DNA of 64,000 nucleotides, taken from assembly GCA_029245865.1 (NCBI GenBank), contig JAQWOM010000056.1:30417-94416 (forward strand), read 5' to 3'. The notes beneath the pieces were generated by a model. That model saw only the letters and a list, made by a program, of their open reading frames with translations. It was not told the origin of the DNA and did no database searches. Each line of letters begins with the position of its first letter. The stretch's first letter is position 1. The stretch comes from Planctomycetota bacterium (GTDB lineage: Bacteria; Planctomycetota; B15-G4). A program made the translations under genes and the position numbers. This document shows, one piece after another, positions 1 to 9,735 of the stretch.

Positions 1-346
1 CGACCAAAACAATGGCCTTGGACTTCACCCCCACGGGAAGTGCTCGGCGATCTCGCCAGGCTTTCAAAGTGGGGCCGAACACTCGGTGCCTGAGCAACCA
101 TTCCAGAAAGCGTGGATCACCTCGGGCAAAGCAGGCCGCAGCCAACAGAAGGAAGGGAGTGGTTGGCAACAACGGCAGAACAGCGCCCGCCCCACCAAGA
201 CCGACACAGGCGAAGCCCGCCACCAGCCACACCCGACGCGAGGCTCGACTTGATTGCACAGGCTCAGCGCTCAGTTTCTCAGCCGAAGTCTGTTCAGCTG
301 CCGTTTCTGAGACGGCTCGCGGCGACGATCCAGGATTGATAGTCAT
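1..346 (-). CDS. YbaN/DUF454 family inner-membrane protein (partial, runs off the window start)
   Basis: Manual translation of the minus strand from the ATG at 346 gives ...VWLVAGFACVGLGGAGAVLPLLPTTPFLLLAAACFARGDPRFLEWLLRHRVFGPTLKAW..., containing the LPLLPTTPFLLLA and H-x-x-FGP signatures of DUF454. Absent from the ORF track because it has no stop inside the window. Confidence 0.85.
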   Translation of the reverse strand, partial: MTINPGSSPRAVSETAAEQTSAEKLSAEPVQSSRASRRVWLVAGFACVGLGGAGAVLPLLPTTPFLLLAAACFARGDPRFLEWLLRHRVFGPTLKAWRDRRALPVGVKSKAIVLV

Positions 347-430
347 GAGGCGCTTGAGAGGATAGCCGCAACAGCCTGCCGTCGTCAGCACCTCAACAGA
401 GCTTCATGCCATTGTTGCTAACATCCAGGC

Positions 431-1165
431 ATGCGTTCTTACACGATTCAGCACTACGACACGCTTGACAGCACAAATACCCGCGCACGGCGCCTGGTCG
501 AAAGCGGCGAAGCACCTGCGGGCTTGGTCGTGGTTGCAAACGAGCAGACCGCTGGCCGAGGGCAGCGAGGCGCTCCCTGGGTCACGGTCCCAGGCGCTTC
601 CCTTGCGGCCAGCCTCGTGATCGCGCGCCCCGACCTGCCCCGGCCGAGCCGGATCACTCTCCTGGCCGCTCTTGCCGCCGCACGATCGCTCGAAGCACTC
701 GGCAGTCAATCCATCTCTATTAAGTGGCCCAACGACCTCATGCGGCAAGAACGCAAGATCGGTGGGTTGCTCGTAGAAGGGGTCCACTCCCCCTCGGGCG
801 AAGCCATGCTCGTGGTGGGCCTCGGAGTCAACCTGTCCCTCCAACCCGGCGACCTGCCCTCCTCACTCCGTTCATCAGCAGGTGACGCAGGACTGCCTGC
901 AGACACACTCACCAGGGATGCTCTGCTCATGCGCGTGCTTGAAGAACTCGATCGCCTGCTGGATGGCGTGGGGACAAAGGCCGATCAAGCGGCCGGCGAG
1001 GAATACAGGCAGCGATCCTGGTTACGAGGCCGGCGAGTCTGCCTGGACTGGGCAGGAAAGGAGGAACATGTCGAGATCGCCGATGTCACCGGCGAAGGCG
1101 ACCTGATTCTTGCGGACGGCCGCACGGCACGCGGCGAAGAGGTCCGACTGATTCCTCAGCCCTGA
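431..1165 (+). CDS. birA: Biotin--[acetyl-CoA-carboxylase] ligase (no N-terminal HTH)
   Basis: Motifs DSTN, QTAGRGQRG, IKWPND, KIGGLLVE and GLGVN. Confidence 0.92.
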   Translation: MRSYTIQHYDTLDSTNTRARRLVESGEAPAGLVVVANEQTAGRGQRGAPWVTVPGASLAASLVIARPDLPRPSRITLLAALAAARSLEALGSQSISIKWPNDLMRQERKIGGLLVEGVHSPSGEAMLVVGLGVNLSLQPGDLPSSLRSSAGDAGLPADTLTRDALLMRVLEELDRLLDGVGTKADQAAGEEYRQRSWLRGRRVCLDWAGKEEHVEIADVTGEGDLILADGRTARGEEVRLIPQP

Positions 1166-1332
1166 TCGGCTCATCCCAGCTGTCTGAGGCCAGGGGAAGA
1201 TCTGCACACCGGCGACCAGACACCGCATTGGCTCTCGAGTCTGGCCGCGTACGTTGATCGCCCCACGCAGACACTCCTATACTTATTGACTAGGTTCAGC
1301 CCTCTCGATTTGCCCCCCATAGCCAGCCTGCC

Positions 1333-2055
1333 ATGACTTCCATCCGCCTTGACGGTCGCGCAGCCCATGAGCTCCGACCGATTCACTTCACTCGCCAATG
1401 GCTGCCCTCTGTCCCAGGCTCGGTCCTTGTCGATGCAGGTCGAACCCGAGTGCTGTGCACGGCCATCATCACCGAAGGCGTTCCTGCCTTCTTGCGTAAC
1501 AGTGACCAGGGCTGGCTCACGGCCGAGTATTCCATGCTTCCGGCCTCAACAGACACCCGCAAACACCGTGATCGCAATGGGCGCGTTGACGGTCGATCCG
1601 TCGAGATTCAGCGGCTCATCGGCAGGGCCTTGCGCGCTGTCGTCGACCGCAAAGCCATCAAAGGACGCACCATTTGGGTTGACTGCGATGTCCTCGCTGC
1701 GGATGGCGGTACCCGCACCACAAGCATCAACGGGGCCTACGTTGCAGTCCACGACGCACTCATGGACCTGAAGAATCAGGGCGAACTCAAGCAGTGGCCA
1801 CTCAAGGACTCTATCCAGGCCACCAGCATTGGCATCGTCGATGACGGACTTTGCGTCGATCTCAGCTACTACGAGGACAGTTCGGCCGATGTAGATCTCA
1901 ACCTCATCATGACCGGCGAAGGACAACTTGTTGAACTCGGAGGAGGTGCCGAGCAAGGCACCTTTAGTGTCGAGCACATGCACGAAATGGTCTCGATGGG
2001 TCAGTCGGCTCTGCAGCGCATCAAGGCGCTCCAGGAAGAAGCCCTCACGAAGTGA
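1333..2055 (+). CDS. rph: Ribonuclease PH
   Basis: Motifs R-x-DGR, GWLTAEYSMLP, GRSVEIQRLIGRALR, ADGGTRT and Y-x-EDS. Confidence 0.97.
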   Translation: MTSIRLDGRAAHELRPIHFTRQWLPSVPGSVLVDAGRTRVLCTAIITEGVPAFLRNSDQGWLTAEYSMLPASTDTRKHRDRNGRVDGRSVEIQRLIGRALRAVVDRKAIKGRTIWVDCDVLAADGGTRTTSINGAYVAVHDALMDLKNQGELKQWPLKDSIQATSIGIVDDGLCVDLSYYEDSSADVDLNLIMTGEGQLVELGGGAEQGTFSVEHMHEMVSMGQSALQRIKALQEEALTK

Positions 2056-2687
2056 ATCGCCTGGTCGTTGCTACGACGAACAAGGGCAAGCTTGCCGAAC
2101 TCACCCCGATGCTCCGTTTGCTGGGCTATGAGGTCTGCGGCCTCGCTGACTTCCCAGACATTCCCGTAGCCGTGGAAGACGGAAAAACCTTTGCTGAGAA
2201 TGCCCAGAAGAAGGCGGATCACTACGCCCGAGCCACCGGGATGGATGCCCTCGCGGATGACTCGGGGCTGTGTGTGGGGGCATTAGACGACGCCCCGGGT
2301 GTCCACTCGGCACGTTTCGCAGGCGACGGTGCGAACGACACCCAGAACAACGAAGCCCTTCTGCTTCAACTTCAGGGAACTGAGAATCGCTCAGCACACT
2401 TTGCATGCGTCCTCTGCCTCGTCCGACAAGACAAGCCCGTCGCCCTCATGGAGGGACGGTGTGAGGGGCACATCGCCGAGACCCCTCGTGGAACGAATGG
2501 TTTCGGGTACGACCCTTTGTTCATTCCGAATCACCCCTCAGCACAGGGCCGTACTTTCGCCGAGGCACCCAGCGACCTGAAACGCGAACTCTCTCACAGA
2601 GCAGCCGCACTGGCGGCCCTCCGCACCATGCTTGAGCACGAAGCCGTCGGCGCCTCGCCTGGCTCAGGGGCTGGAGCGTCATCATGA
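2052..2687 (+). CDS. rdgB: Non-canonical purine NTP pyrophosphatase (RdgB/HAM1)
   Basis: Motifs ATTNKGK, ADDSGL, APGVHSARF, GFGYDPLF and SHR; GTGA overlap with rph, the usual synteny. Confidence 0.95.
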   Translation: MNRLVVATTNKGKLAELTPMLRLLGYEVCGLADFPDIPVAVEDGKTFAENAQKKADHYARATGMDALADDSGLCVGALDDAPGVHSARFAGDGANDTQNNEALLLQLQGTENRSAHFACVLCLVRQDKPVALMEGRCEGHIAETPRGTNGFGYDPLFIPNHPSAQGRTFAEAPSDLKRELSHRAAALAALRTMLEHEAVGASPGSGAGASS

Positions 2688-4480
2688 ACCGCGATTGCAT
2701 TCGCAACTTTTCCATCATCGCCCACATCGATCACGGCAAGAGCACGCTTGCGGACCGTTTCCTGGACATCACTCGAACGGTGGCCAAGCGCGACCAGAAA
2801 AAGCAGCAACTGGACGACATGGACCTTGAGCGTGAACGCGGCATCACCATCAAGGCCAAGGCCGCCTCAATGGACTACATAAAGGACGGCAAGAAATATC
2901 GGCTAAACCTGATCGACACTCCGGGGCATGTGGACTTCAACTACGAAGTTGAACGCGCGCTCGCTGCGTGCGAAGGAGCGCTCCTTCTCGTCGATGCCAG
3001 CCAAGGAGTTGAAGCGCAGACCGTGCACAACACCATGCTCGCCGAGCAGGCTGACTTGATGATTTTTCCAGTCATCAACAAAATCGACCTTGCCACGGCA
3101 CGATCCGACGAAGTCATTGAAGAAATTGAGAATGCATTAGCCATCGAGGGCGAACGCTCCATGAAGGTCAGTGCAAAGACGGGCGAAGGTGTGCGCGAAT
3201 TGCTGGACGCCATCGTGGACCGCGTACCGCCACCAGAAGGACTGCAGGACGCACCGCTAAGGGCTCTCATCTACGACGCTGAGTTCAATGATTACCGAGG
3301 GGTCATCCTGCACATTCGAATTGTCGACGGAGCACTGACGGCAGGCGCTCGCATTCGACTTTTCGAAGGGAACACGCGTCATGAAGCTCTTGAGATCGGC
3401 ATCTTCCGGCCCGCCTTAACCCCTGTAAAATCTCTGAGCACAGGCGAAGTCGGCTACCTCATTGCCAATATCAAGACGCTGTCGGACGTACGCATTGGCG
3501 ACACAATCGTCCTCGATAAAGACAGCGCCAGTGAAGCTCTCCCGGGTTACCGCCCCGCGCGCAGCATGGTCTTCTGCGGAATCTATCCGGTGCAGAACGG
3601 CGAATTCGACAACCTGCGCACGGCGTTGATTCGGCTGCAGTTGAACGACTCGGCATTCACTTTCACGCCAGAGAGCAGCGACGCACTGGGTTTCGGCTTC
3701 CGCTGTGGCTTCCTGGGCTTGCTGCACATGGAGATCGTGCAAGAACGACTCGAACGTGAGAGCGGAGTCGACATCGTCCAGACGGCTCCAAACGTGACGT
3801 ACGAGATCCTCACCATCGATGGCGAAGTTCTCCAGATTCACAGCCCGTCAGAAATCCCCGACCCGACAAAGATCGAAGAGTTTCGCGAGCCAGTGGTCAA
3901 ACTGGACATCGTGACGCCAGACACACACGTCGGGGCCATCATGAAGCTAGGCATCGATCGACGCGGTCGATTTCTAAAACAAGAGTACATCGGCCCCGGG
4001 CGCGTTCTCATCGGCTTCCGCATCCCCCTGTCAGAAATCATTTTTGATTTCTTCGACAAGCTGAAGAGCGTTACGCGCGGCTACGCCACCATGGATTACG
4101 AGTTGGAAAACTTCGTCGCCGACGATCTGGTGAAGATGCGCATCCTGGTAAATGGGGAAGAAGTTGACGCGCTCTCAACGATCGCTCACCAAAGCCACTG
4201 CGAGCCTCGAGGGCGCGCCATTCTCAAAGTCCTACGCAAAGAGATTCGCCGACACTTGTTCAAGGTTGCCTTGCAGGCAGCCGTCGGCGGAAAGATCGTT
4301 GCGCGCGAGGACATCGCACCTGTGCGTAAAGACGTGACAGCAAAGTGCTACGGCGGAGACATCAGCCGCAAACGCAAACTGCTTGAGAAGCAGAAAGCTG
4401 GTAAGAAACGCCTGAAGATGGTCGGCAACGTCGAGATACCGCAGAAGGCCTTCCTGGCGGTTCTGTCTGCGGACGACTAG
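2684..4480 (+). CDS. lepA: Elongation factor 4 (LepA)
   Basis: Motifs IRNFSIIAHIDHGKSTLADR, ERERGITIK, DTPGHVDF, GFRCGFLGLLHMEI and KCYGGDISRKRKLLEKQK. Confidence 0.99.
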   Translation: MNRDCIRNFSIIAHIDHGKSTLADRFLDITRTVAKRDQKKQQLDDMDLERERGITIKAKAASMDYIKDGKKYRLNLIDTPGHVDFNYEVERALAACEGALLLVDASQGVEAQTVHNTMLAEQADLMIFPVINKIDLATARSDEVIEEIENALAIEGERSMKVSAKTGEGVRELLDAIVDRVPPPEGLQDAPLRALIYDAEFNDYRGVILHIRIVDGALTAGARIRLFEGNTRHEALEIGIFRPALTPVKSLSTGEVGYLIANIKTLSDVRIGDTIVLDKDSASEALPGYRPARSMVFCGIYPVQNGEFDNLRTALIRLQLNDSAFTFTPESSDALGFGFRCGFLGLLHMEIVQERLERESGVDIVQTAPNVTYEILTIDGEVLQIHSPSEIPDPTKIEEFREPVVKLDIVTPDTHVGAIMKLGIDRRGRFLKQEYIGPGRVLIGFRIPLSEIIFDFFDKLKSVTRGYATMDYELENFVADDLVKMRILVNGEEVDALSTIAHQSHCEPRGRAILKVLRKEIRRHLFKVALQAAVGGKIVAREDIAPVRKDVTAKCYGGDISRKRKLLEKQKAGKKRLKMVGNVEIPQKAFLAVLSADD

Positions 4481-4529
4481 CTGACCCTGCGGATCTTGTC
4501 GCAGCCAAGAGGGCCCCTCTGATCTCTCG

Positions 4530-4892
4530 CTAGGACGCCCACGGCGAAGCGAGTCCGAGCCCCGAGAGCCCCCCGAAGAGCCACAGCAAGAGCAAGGCCA
4601 GTTCGAGGAACACCAAGAGCCAAAGCCGTGTTTGAAACGACCGACTCGCCGTCTTGTGGTGAGCCGCCGCCATGCCCAGCAGCGCGCCCGCGAGGCCGCC
4701 GGTGAGCGCCAAGGTCAAAAGAACTGCCTCTGGAACTCGCGCGCGCCCCCTCTTTGCCTGGAGCTTGTCCAAACAGAACACCAGGAATGTGACGACGTTG
4801 GACGGTATGAGCCAGGCGAAATCCCATCCCATTCCAGGCAACCGCCATATCAAGAACGCTGCCGCGGAAGCGATGGAGCCCAAAGTCCACAA
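4530..4892 (-). CDS. DUF1294 family small membrane protein
   Basis: DK-x-x-A-x-RG-x-x-RVPE-x-x-LL-x-LAL-x-GG-x-x-GA-x-LGM...HHKT-x-x-x-SF matches the DUF1294 pattern. Confidence 0.85.
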   Translation of the reverse strand: MWTLGSIASAAAFLIWRLPGMGWDFAWLIPSNVVTFLVFCLDKLQAKRGRARVPEAVLLTLALTGGLAGALLGMAAAHHKTASRSFQTRLWLLVFLELALLLLWLFGGLSGLGLASPWAS

Positions 4893-4899
4893 TCCATAG

Positions 4900-6522
4900 T
4901 TGCGTGTGATGCGGTTCGTGACAGAACTCCGATTCGAAGAGAGCCCTCAGCGTATCCGCCAGTTACGACTCGGCACCACCCTCCACGACTCGCAATCGCC
5001 ACGGACGCGCCGTATCGTGGCTCCTTGGGGCGCTCTCCTACGAGGCGCGCTCCACCCCGCAGCCGCACGATCAAACGAACGAGCTCAGATCATTCCAAGC
5101 CACGGAACCAGCCACCGAGGGACCGCGCCCACCACTTCCCCGCGGCGCTCGCTCGACCTGCGAGTCTGCGACAACATCGAGGCCATCGCGATCTCTATTG
5201 CCATGGCGCTCGTCCTCAAGTTCTTCATCATCGAGGCCTACCAGATCCCCACGGGCTCGATGCAGCCCACGATCCTCGGCGACCCTGCGACAGGTATCAA
5301 AGATCGCGTCTTGGCCGACAAGCTCATCACGATGCTGAGACCGCCCGAGCGCTGGGAAGTCATGATCTTTCGCTTTCCGCTGGACGAGCGAAGGCTGTAT
5401 GTCAAACGCATCGTCGGGCTCCCAGGCGAAACACTCCAGGTGCTCGGTGGTGACATCTGGATCGACAATGGCATCGCGCGCAAACCAGACCACGTCAACG
5501 AGTCAGTCCTCAAGCACATTGCCCAAAGCGACGGCCCCATGGATGTCGGGCGATGGTTCTCGACGCAAGGAGCTGTGGAAGTCGAGGGCACTTCAGCGAT
5601 CTTCCGGAATGCGGGAACTCCGCGCCTGAAACTTCGCCACCCAGTCGTTGATGATTTTTTGCACGGTTTCGATCCTGACTGGGGCATGGCGCCCATGAAC
5701 AGTGGCGACCATGTGGTCCCAGACCTTGATGTCACCTTGGCGGCGCGGCTGAATGCAGAAAGCGAATCCTTGCGGATCATCTTTGAGGATGACGCCGGAA
5801 ACACAGTCTTTGTGCTACCACGGACCGGATCGTCCGAGACTGCGCACGTCATGCTGCCCATCAACGGAACACTGCAGCGCATCCCCATAGAAACCGAGGA
5901 CGGTGAGCCTCCCCGCGCACTGCCAATCGACACCGACGTAGAAATTCTTGCTCGAGTGGTGGACAGACGCCTTTTGCTGATCGTCGATGGCGAAGAGTGG
6001 CTTCGCTACGATGACGATGAGTCAGGGCCGCGCCCGCAAAACCCGCGACGCGCTGGGATTGCCTTCGAGATGCCCGGTGGCGGCCGTTTGTCAGAGATCA
6101 CCGTTCAACGAGACATCTTCTACCTGTCCTCGACGCGTCCGTCTCTCGCCAGCCCGCCCAAGAAATGGGAGATACCAGACGATTCCTACTTTGGAATGGG
6201 TGACAACACCCAGTTCAGCCACGACAGTCGATCCTGGAGGACTGCGACCTATACGCTGCGAGATGGTCGCGTCATCACAGGCTTCGATTTCCCTGGCGGT
6301 GGATGGGGCCGCCAGCCCGCAGATGCCAATCCATTCGCCGAGCAGGACGGCAGCCTTCGATTCTCAGACGTCCACGGAGACTCGATTGTGTTTCAAAGGG
6401 GCGACATTGTGAACGAGTCCAGGCACTATGAGCCCTTCATCAACCAGCGTTTTCTGCTCGGTAAAGCAGGCGTTGTCTTCTGGCCCGTCTTCGATCCCTT
6501 TCGTTGGAAACTGATCCGGTGA
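4900..6522 (+). CDS. lepB: Signal peptidase I with large internal insertion (true start uncertain, probably downstream of 4900)
   Basis: TM helix followed by IPTGSMQPT (catalytic Ser), YVKRIVGLPG (catalytic Lys) and MGDNTQFSHDSR box E; lies near lepA. Confidence 0.88.
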   Translation: MRVMRFVTELRFEESPQRIRQLRLGTTLHDSQSPRTRRIVAPWGALLRGALHPAAARSNERAQIIPSHGTSHRGTAPTTSPRRSLDLRVCDNIEAIAISIAMALVLKFFIIEAYQIPTGSMQPTILGDPATGIKDRVLADKLITMLRPPERWEVMIFRFPLDERRLYVKRIVGLPGETLQVLGGDIWIDNGIARKPDHVNESVLKHIAQSDGPMDVGRWFSTQGAVEVEGTSAIFRNAGTPRLKLRHPVVDDFLHGFDPDWGMAPMNSGDHVVPDLDVTLAARLNAESESLRIIFEDDAGNTVFVLPRTGSSETAHVMLPINGTLQRIPIETEDGEPPRALPIDTDVEILARVVDRRLLLIVDGEEWLRYDDDESGPRPQNPRRAGIAFEMPGGGRLSEITVQRDIFYLSSTRPSLASPPKKWEIPDDSYFGMGDNTQFSHDSRSWRTATYTLRDGRVITGFDFPGGGWGRQPADANPFAEQDGSLRFSDVHGDSIVFQRGDIVNESRHYEPFINQRFLLGKAGVVFWPVFDPFRWKLIR

Positions 6523-7595
6523 CGCTGCTCGACGTAACAGGCTTGGTCAAGTCTTATGGCGACCGCACGGTGGTGCGGGACGTGAGCTATCACGTCAATG
6601 AAGGTGAAATCGTTGGCCTCTTGGGCCCCAACGGGGCTGGCAAGACCACCACTTTCCGCATGACCGTCGGAATGATACGCCCCGACAAAGGGCGGGTGAT
6701 TCTGGGCGGCAAAGACATCACGAATTTACCCATGTACAAACGAGCCCGACTCGGCATGGGCTACCTCAGCCAAGAGCCGTCAATCTTCCGGCACATGTCC
6801 GTGAGAGACAATCTTCTCGCTGTGCTCGAAGCACGTGGTATCAATTCCAAGACTCGCCTGTCTCGAACCGATGAACTTATCGAAGGGTTCGGGCTCGGCC
6901 ACGTGGCCCGAGCGGGAGCAACAACTCTTTCAGGAGGTGAGCGACGGCGACTCGAACTCGCACGCACCCTCGCACTCGAACCGCAACTGGTCTTGCTCGA
7001 CGAGCCATTTTCCGGCGTAGACCCCATAGCTGTCGAAGAGATCCAGCAACACCTGCACACCTTGCGTGACGAAGGCATTGCCGTCCTCATCACGGACCAC
7101 GCCGTGCGTGAGACTCTGGGAACGACGGACCGCGCCTACATCATTTACGAAGGCAGTATTTTTCAGCACGGCGATGCCAAGACGCTTGCCGACGACCCGC
7201 AGGTACGAAAGATTTACCTCGGCGAAACTTTCAGCATGAATTTCTCGACTCCCACGGAGAGTCTCGCTGAAAAAGAGACGCCACCCCCCGAGGCAAGCAC
7301 TCCCGCCCCCCTCCCCAGGCCTGAAGCCCCCACTCCAGCGCCTCCGACTCCGGTGGAGAGCCTCCTGCCTCCCGGCGAACTCCCCCCACTCGACGACGAA
7401 GCACCCCCTTCAAAAAGCAAAGCGCCCAAGAAGGCCGCGAGCGCCAAAAAAGCCTCCTCGGCCAAGGCCAAGACAAAGAAAGCCGCGGGCCGAAAAGCGA
7501 GTGCGCGCAAGGTGAGCCCCAAGAAGGCAGCCAAAGCGGCCCCCAAAAAGTCTAGCCGAAGCCGCAAGTCGCCCGAGGACAAGACGGGATCCTGA
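6519..7595 (+). CDS. lptB: LPS export ABC transporter ATP-binding protein with Pro-rich and Lys/Ala-rich C-terminal tail
   Basis: Motifs GLLGPNGAGKTT, LPMYKRARLG-x-GYL-x-QEPSIF, LSGGERRRLE, LDEPFSGVDP, LITDH-x-VRETL and VRKIYLG. The GTG at 6519 overlaps the lepB stop. Confidence 0.92.
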   Translation: MTLLDVTGLVKSYGDRTVVRDVSYHVNEGEIVGLLGPNGAGKTTTFRMTVGMIRPDKGRVILGGKDITNLPMYKRARLGMGYLSQEPSIFRHMSVRDNLLAVLEARGINSKTRLSRTDELIEGFGLGHVARAGATTLSGGERRRLELARTLALEPQLVLLDEPFSGVDPIAVEEIQQHLHTLRDEGIAVLITDHAVRETLGTTDRAYIIYEGSIFQHGDAKTLADDPQVRKIYLGETFSMNFSTPTESLAEKETPPPEASTPAPLPRPEAPTPAPPTPVESLLPPGELPPLDDEAPPSKSKAPKKAASAKKASSAKAKTKKAAGRKASARKVSPKKAAKAAPKKSSRSRKSPEDKTGS

Positions 7596-7663
7596 CCCTC
7601 CGAGAGGGCACACTGTAGGCGCGGCCCGTGGCGGGCCCGACTCTTTTGGAGGGGCGACCTAAC

Positions 7664-8740
7664 ATGGTGCGTCAAGCACAGGCAGGCATACGGGCACAGG
7701 AATCAAGCCGGCCCGATTGGCATCGGCTGGAACGGTCAGCGATTCTTGTCGTTGATGACGACCCGGGAGTGCGCGACACCGTTTCACGCTGTCTGCAAAT
7801 CGACGGCTACGAAGTGTGCGGCGCGGCAAATCTCGGCGAGGCGCGACAGCATCTCGAATCGCGAGACATCTTCCTCGTGCTGACAGACATCACACTTGAA
7901 GGTGGTGAAAGCGGCCTGGACCTGCTGGACGAACTCCAGGCACAACGGTCGAGCATGCCCATCATCATGATGACCGCAAACAGCGAGTTGACCTCTGCGG
8001 TCGAAGCACTCAAGAAGGGCGCGTACGACTATCTCTGCAAACCTTTTCCCTTTGAGGCTGTGCGCGCTGCTGTACGACGCGTGGTGGATCACTTGCGAGC
8101 TGTCGAGAGATCAACACTGATCGAAGAACTCGAGACGCGTAAGCAAGCGGAAGACGAAAGCCTTCAACAGTTTCTCGTTTCCATGGCAACTGTCGTTGAT
8201 GCAAAAAGTCGCTTCACGGCGCTGCACGGAGCACGCGTGTCAGAATTGTGCCGTTTGCTTGGAGAGGCGCTGGGCTACGACTCCGAACGCACGGAGCTTG
8301 TCGCGCTCGGAGGGCGCCTGCATGACATTGGAAAAATTGGCACGCCCGACGCGATTCTCGACAAGCCTGGCCCACTGACGCGCGAAGAGTACGCCGTGAT
8401 TCAAGAGCACCCAGCGATCGGTGACGATCTCATTGCACCGATCAAGGTCCTGAGCCACCTTCGCCCCATGATTCGCTCTCACCACGAGAGCTTGGACGGC
8501 AAAGGATATCCGGACGCGATGCCGGGCGATCAGGTCCCCGAGGAAGCCTGGGTGGTCAAAGTGGCGGACTACTGGGAGGCCATCACGGCACGCCGCCCCT
8601 ACCGCAATCCAATGCCGCTTGAAAAGGCCGTAGCCTGCCTCAGGGGGGAAGCGGGCATACGCATTCCCGAAGACTTCGTAGAGGTCTTTTTGGCCGCAAT
8701 TCCCGGGGCGCCGATCGCACTACCCTCAGGCGCTGCCTGA
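7664..8740 (+). CDS. Response regulator with HD-GYP c-di-GMP phosphodiesterase domain (RpfG-like)
   Basis: REC domain (VVDDD, LTD, MMTA, KPF) plus HDIGK, HHE and GKGYP. GGAGGG lies upstream of the ATG at 7664. Confidence 0.9.
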   Translation: MVRQAQAGIRAQESSRPDWHRLERSAILVVDDDPGVRDTVSRCLQIDGYEVCGAANLGEARQHLESRDIFLVLTDITLEGGESGLDLLDELQAQRSSMPIIMMTANSELTSAVEALKKGAYDYLCKPFPFEAVRAAVRRVVDHLRAVERSTLIEELETRKQAEDESLQQFLVSMATVVDAKSRFTALHGARVSELCRLLGEALGYDSERTELVALGGRLHDIGKIGTPDAILDKPGPLTREEYAVIQEHPAIGDDLIAPIKVLSHLRPMIRSHHESLDGKGYPDAMPGDQVPEEAWVVKVADYWEAITARRPYRNPMPLEKAVACLRGEAGIRIPEDFVEVFLAAIPGAPIALPSGAA

Positions 8741-8886
8741 AGCCTCGCCCGCCCCCACCCACGTTGACTCGCCACGCCTGATCAGCGAGAGTACCGGGCC
8801 GTTTCACGGCTCCGGAAACGTGTGCGCATGCAACCCACAAGCGCCGCCATTCCGCTCCAAACACACTTCGTTACGAGCTTTTCACC

Positions 8887-9645
8887 ATGAACATCGTGGT
8901 CTGCATCAAGCGCGTCCCGGCCACCGATTCGCGCATCAAGGTCGGCGCCGACGGCACCTCGATCGACGACAGTCAGCTCGAATGGATCATCAGTCCTTAC
9001 GACGAGTTCGCCGTCGAAGCGGCCTTGCAGATGAAAGAGGCTGCCGGAGAAGGCGAAGTCACTGTGATGACGATGGGCCCGGCCGAAAGCACCAAGGAAC
9101 TCCGCACCTGCTTGGCAATGGGTTGCGACAAAGCGGTTCTGCTCACGGATCCCGACTCAGGAACACGCGACGCACACACCACGGCCCATGCACTTGCCAA
9201 AGCGATTCAAGGGCTAAGTCCAGACCTCGTACTGTGTGGCAAGGTGGCGGTGGACCGAGACCAGGGACAGGTGGGCTCATTGCTCGGCGGCATCCTGGAC
9301 ATGCCCTGCATCACCGAGATCAAAGCGCTGAGCATCACGGACGGCAAGGCGACCGTAGAGCGCGCGGGAGACAGTGGAACAACCGAAACCTGGACCGTCA
9401 GCCTGCCTGCCGTGTTGACCACGACCAAGGGCTTGAACGAGCCTCGGTATGCGGGCCTCAAAGGCATCATGGCTGCAAAAAAGAAACCTATTGATGAGCA
9501 GGAAGCTCAGCTGGGCGAAGCCGCCCTGACCATCAAGAGCCTCGAGCTTCCGCCCCCACGCCGCGAAGGACGCATCATCGGAGAGGGCCCTGAGGCTGTC
9601 ACCGAACTCGTGCGACTGTTGCGCGAAGAAGCAAAAATTCTCTGA
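8887..9645 (+). CDS. etfB: Electron transfer flavoprotein beta subunit
   Basis: Motifs MNIVVCIKRVP, PYDEFAVEAA, LAMG-x-D, GK-x-AVD-x-D-x-GQ, NEPRY and IMAAKKK. Confidence 0.96.
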   Translation: MNIVVCIKRVPATDSRIKVGADGTSIDDSQLEWIISPYDEFAVEAALQMKEAAGEGEVTVMTMGPAESTKELRTCLAMGCDKAVLLTDPDSGTRDAHTTAHALAKAIQGLSPDLVLCGKVAVDRDQGQVGSLLGGILDMPCITEIKALSITDGKATVERAGDSGTTETWTVSLPAVLTTTKGLNEPRYAGLKGIMAAKKKPIDEQEAQLGEAALTIKSLELPPPRREGRIIGEGPEAVTELVRLLREEAKIL

Positions 9646-9735
9646 TCCAACGCGCGCGTCGAATGCGCATTTCTATCAACGTCACACATACCGGTTCGAT
9701 GCATGGCACGACCCGGACACCAACAGGAGCACCCC

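Noticed and set aside
12-365. Plus-strand ORFs 12..365 and 112..339
   Set aside because: Shadow frames of the minus-strand YbaN/DUF454 gene, which has a clear family signature.
4632-5453. 273-aa Arg/Pro-rich ORF and the many similar overlapping ORFs across the window
   Set aside because: Typical off-frame or antisense products of GC-rich genes; they overlap confidently identified CDS and show no motifs.
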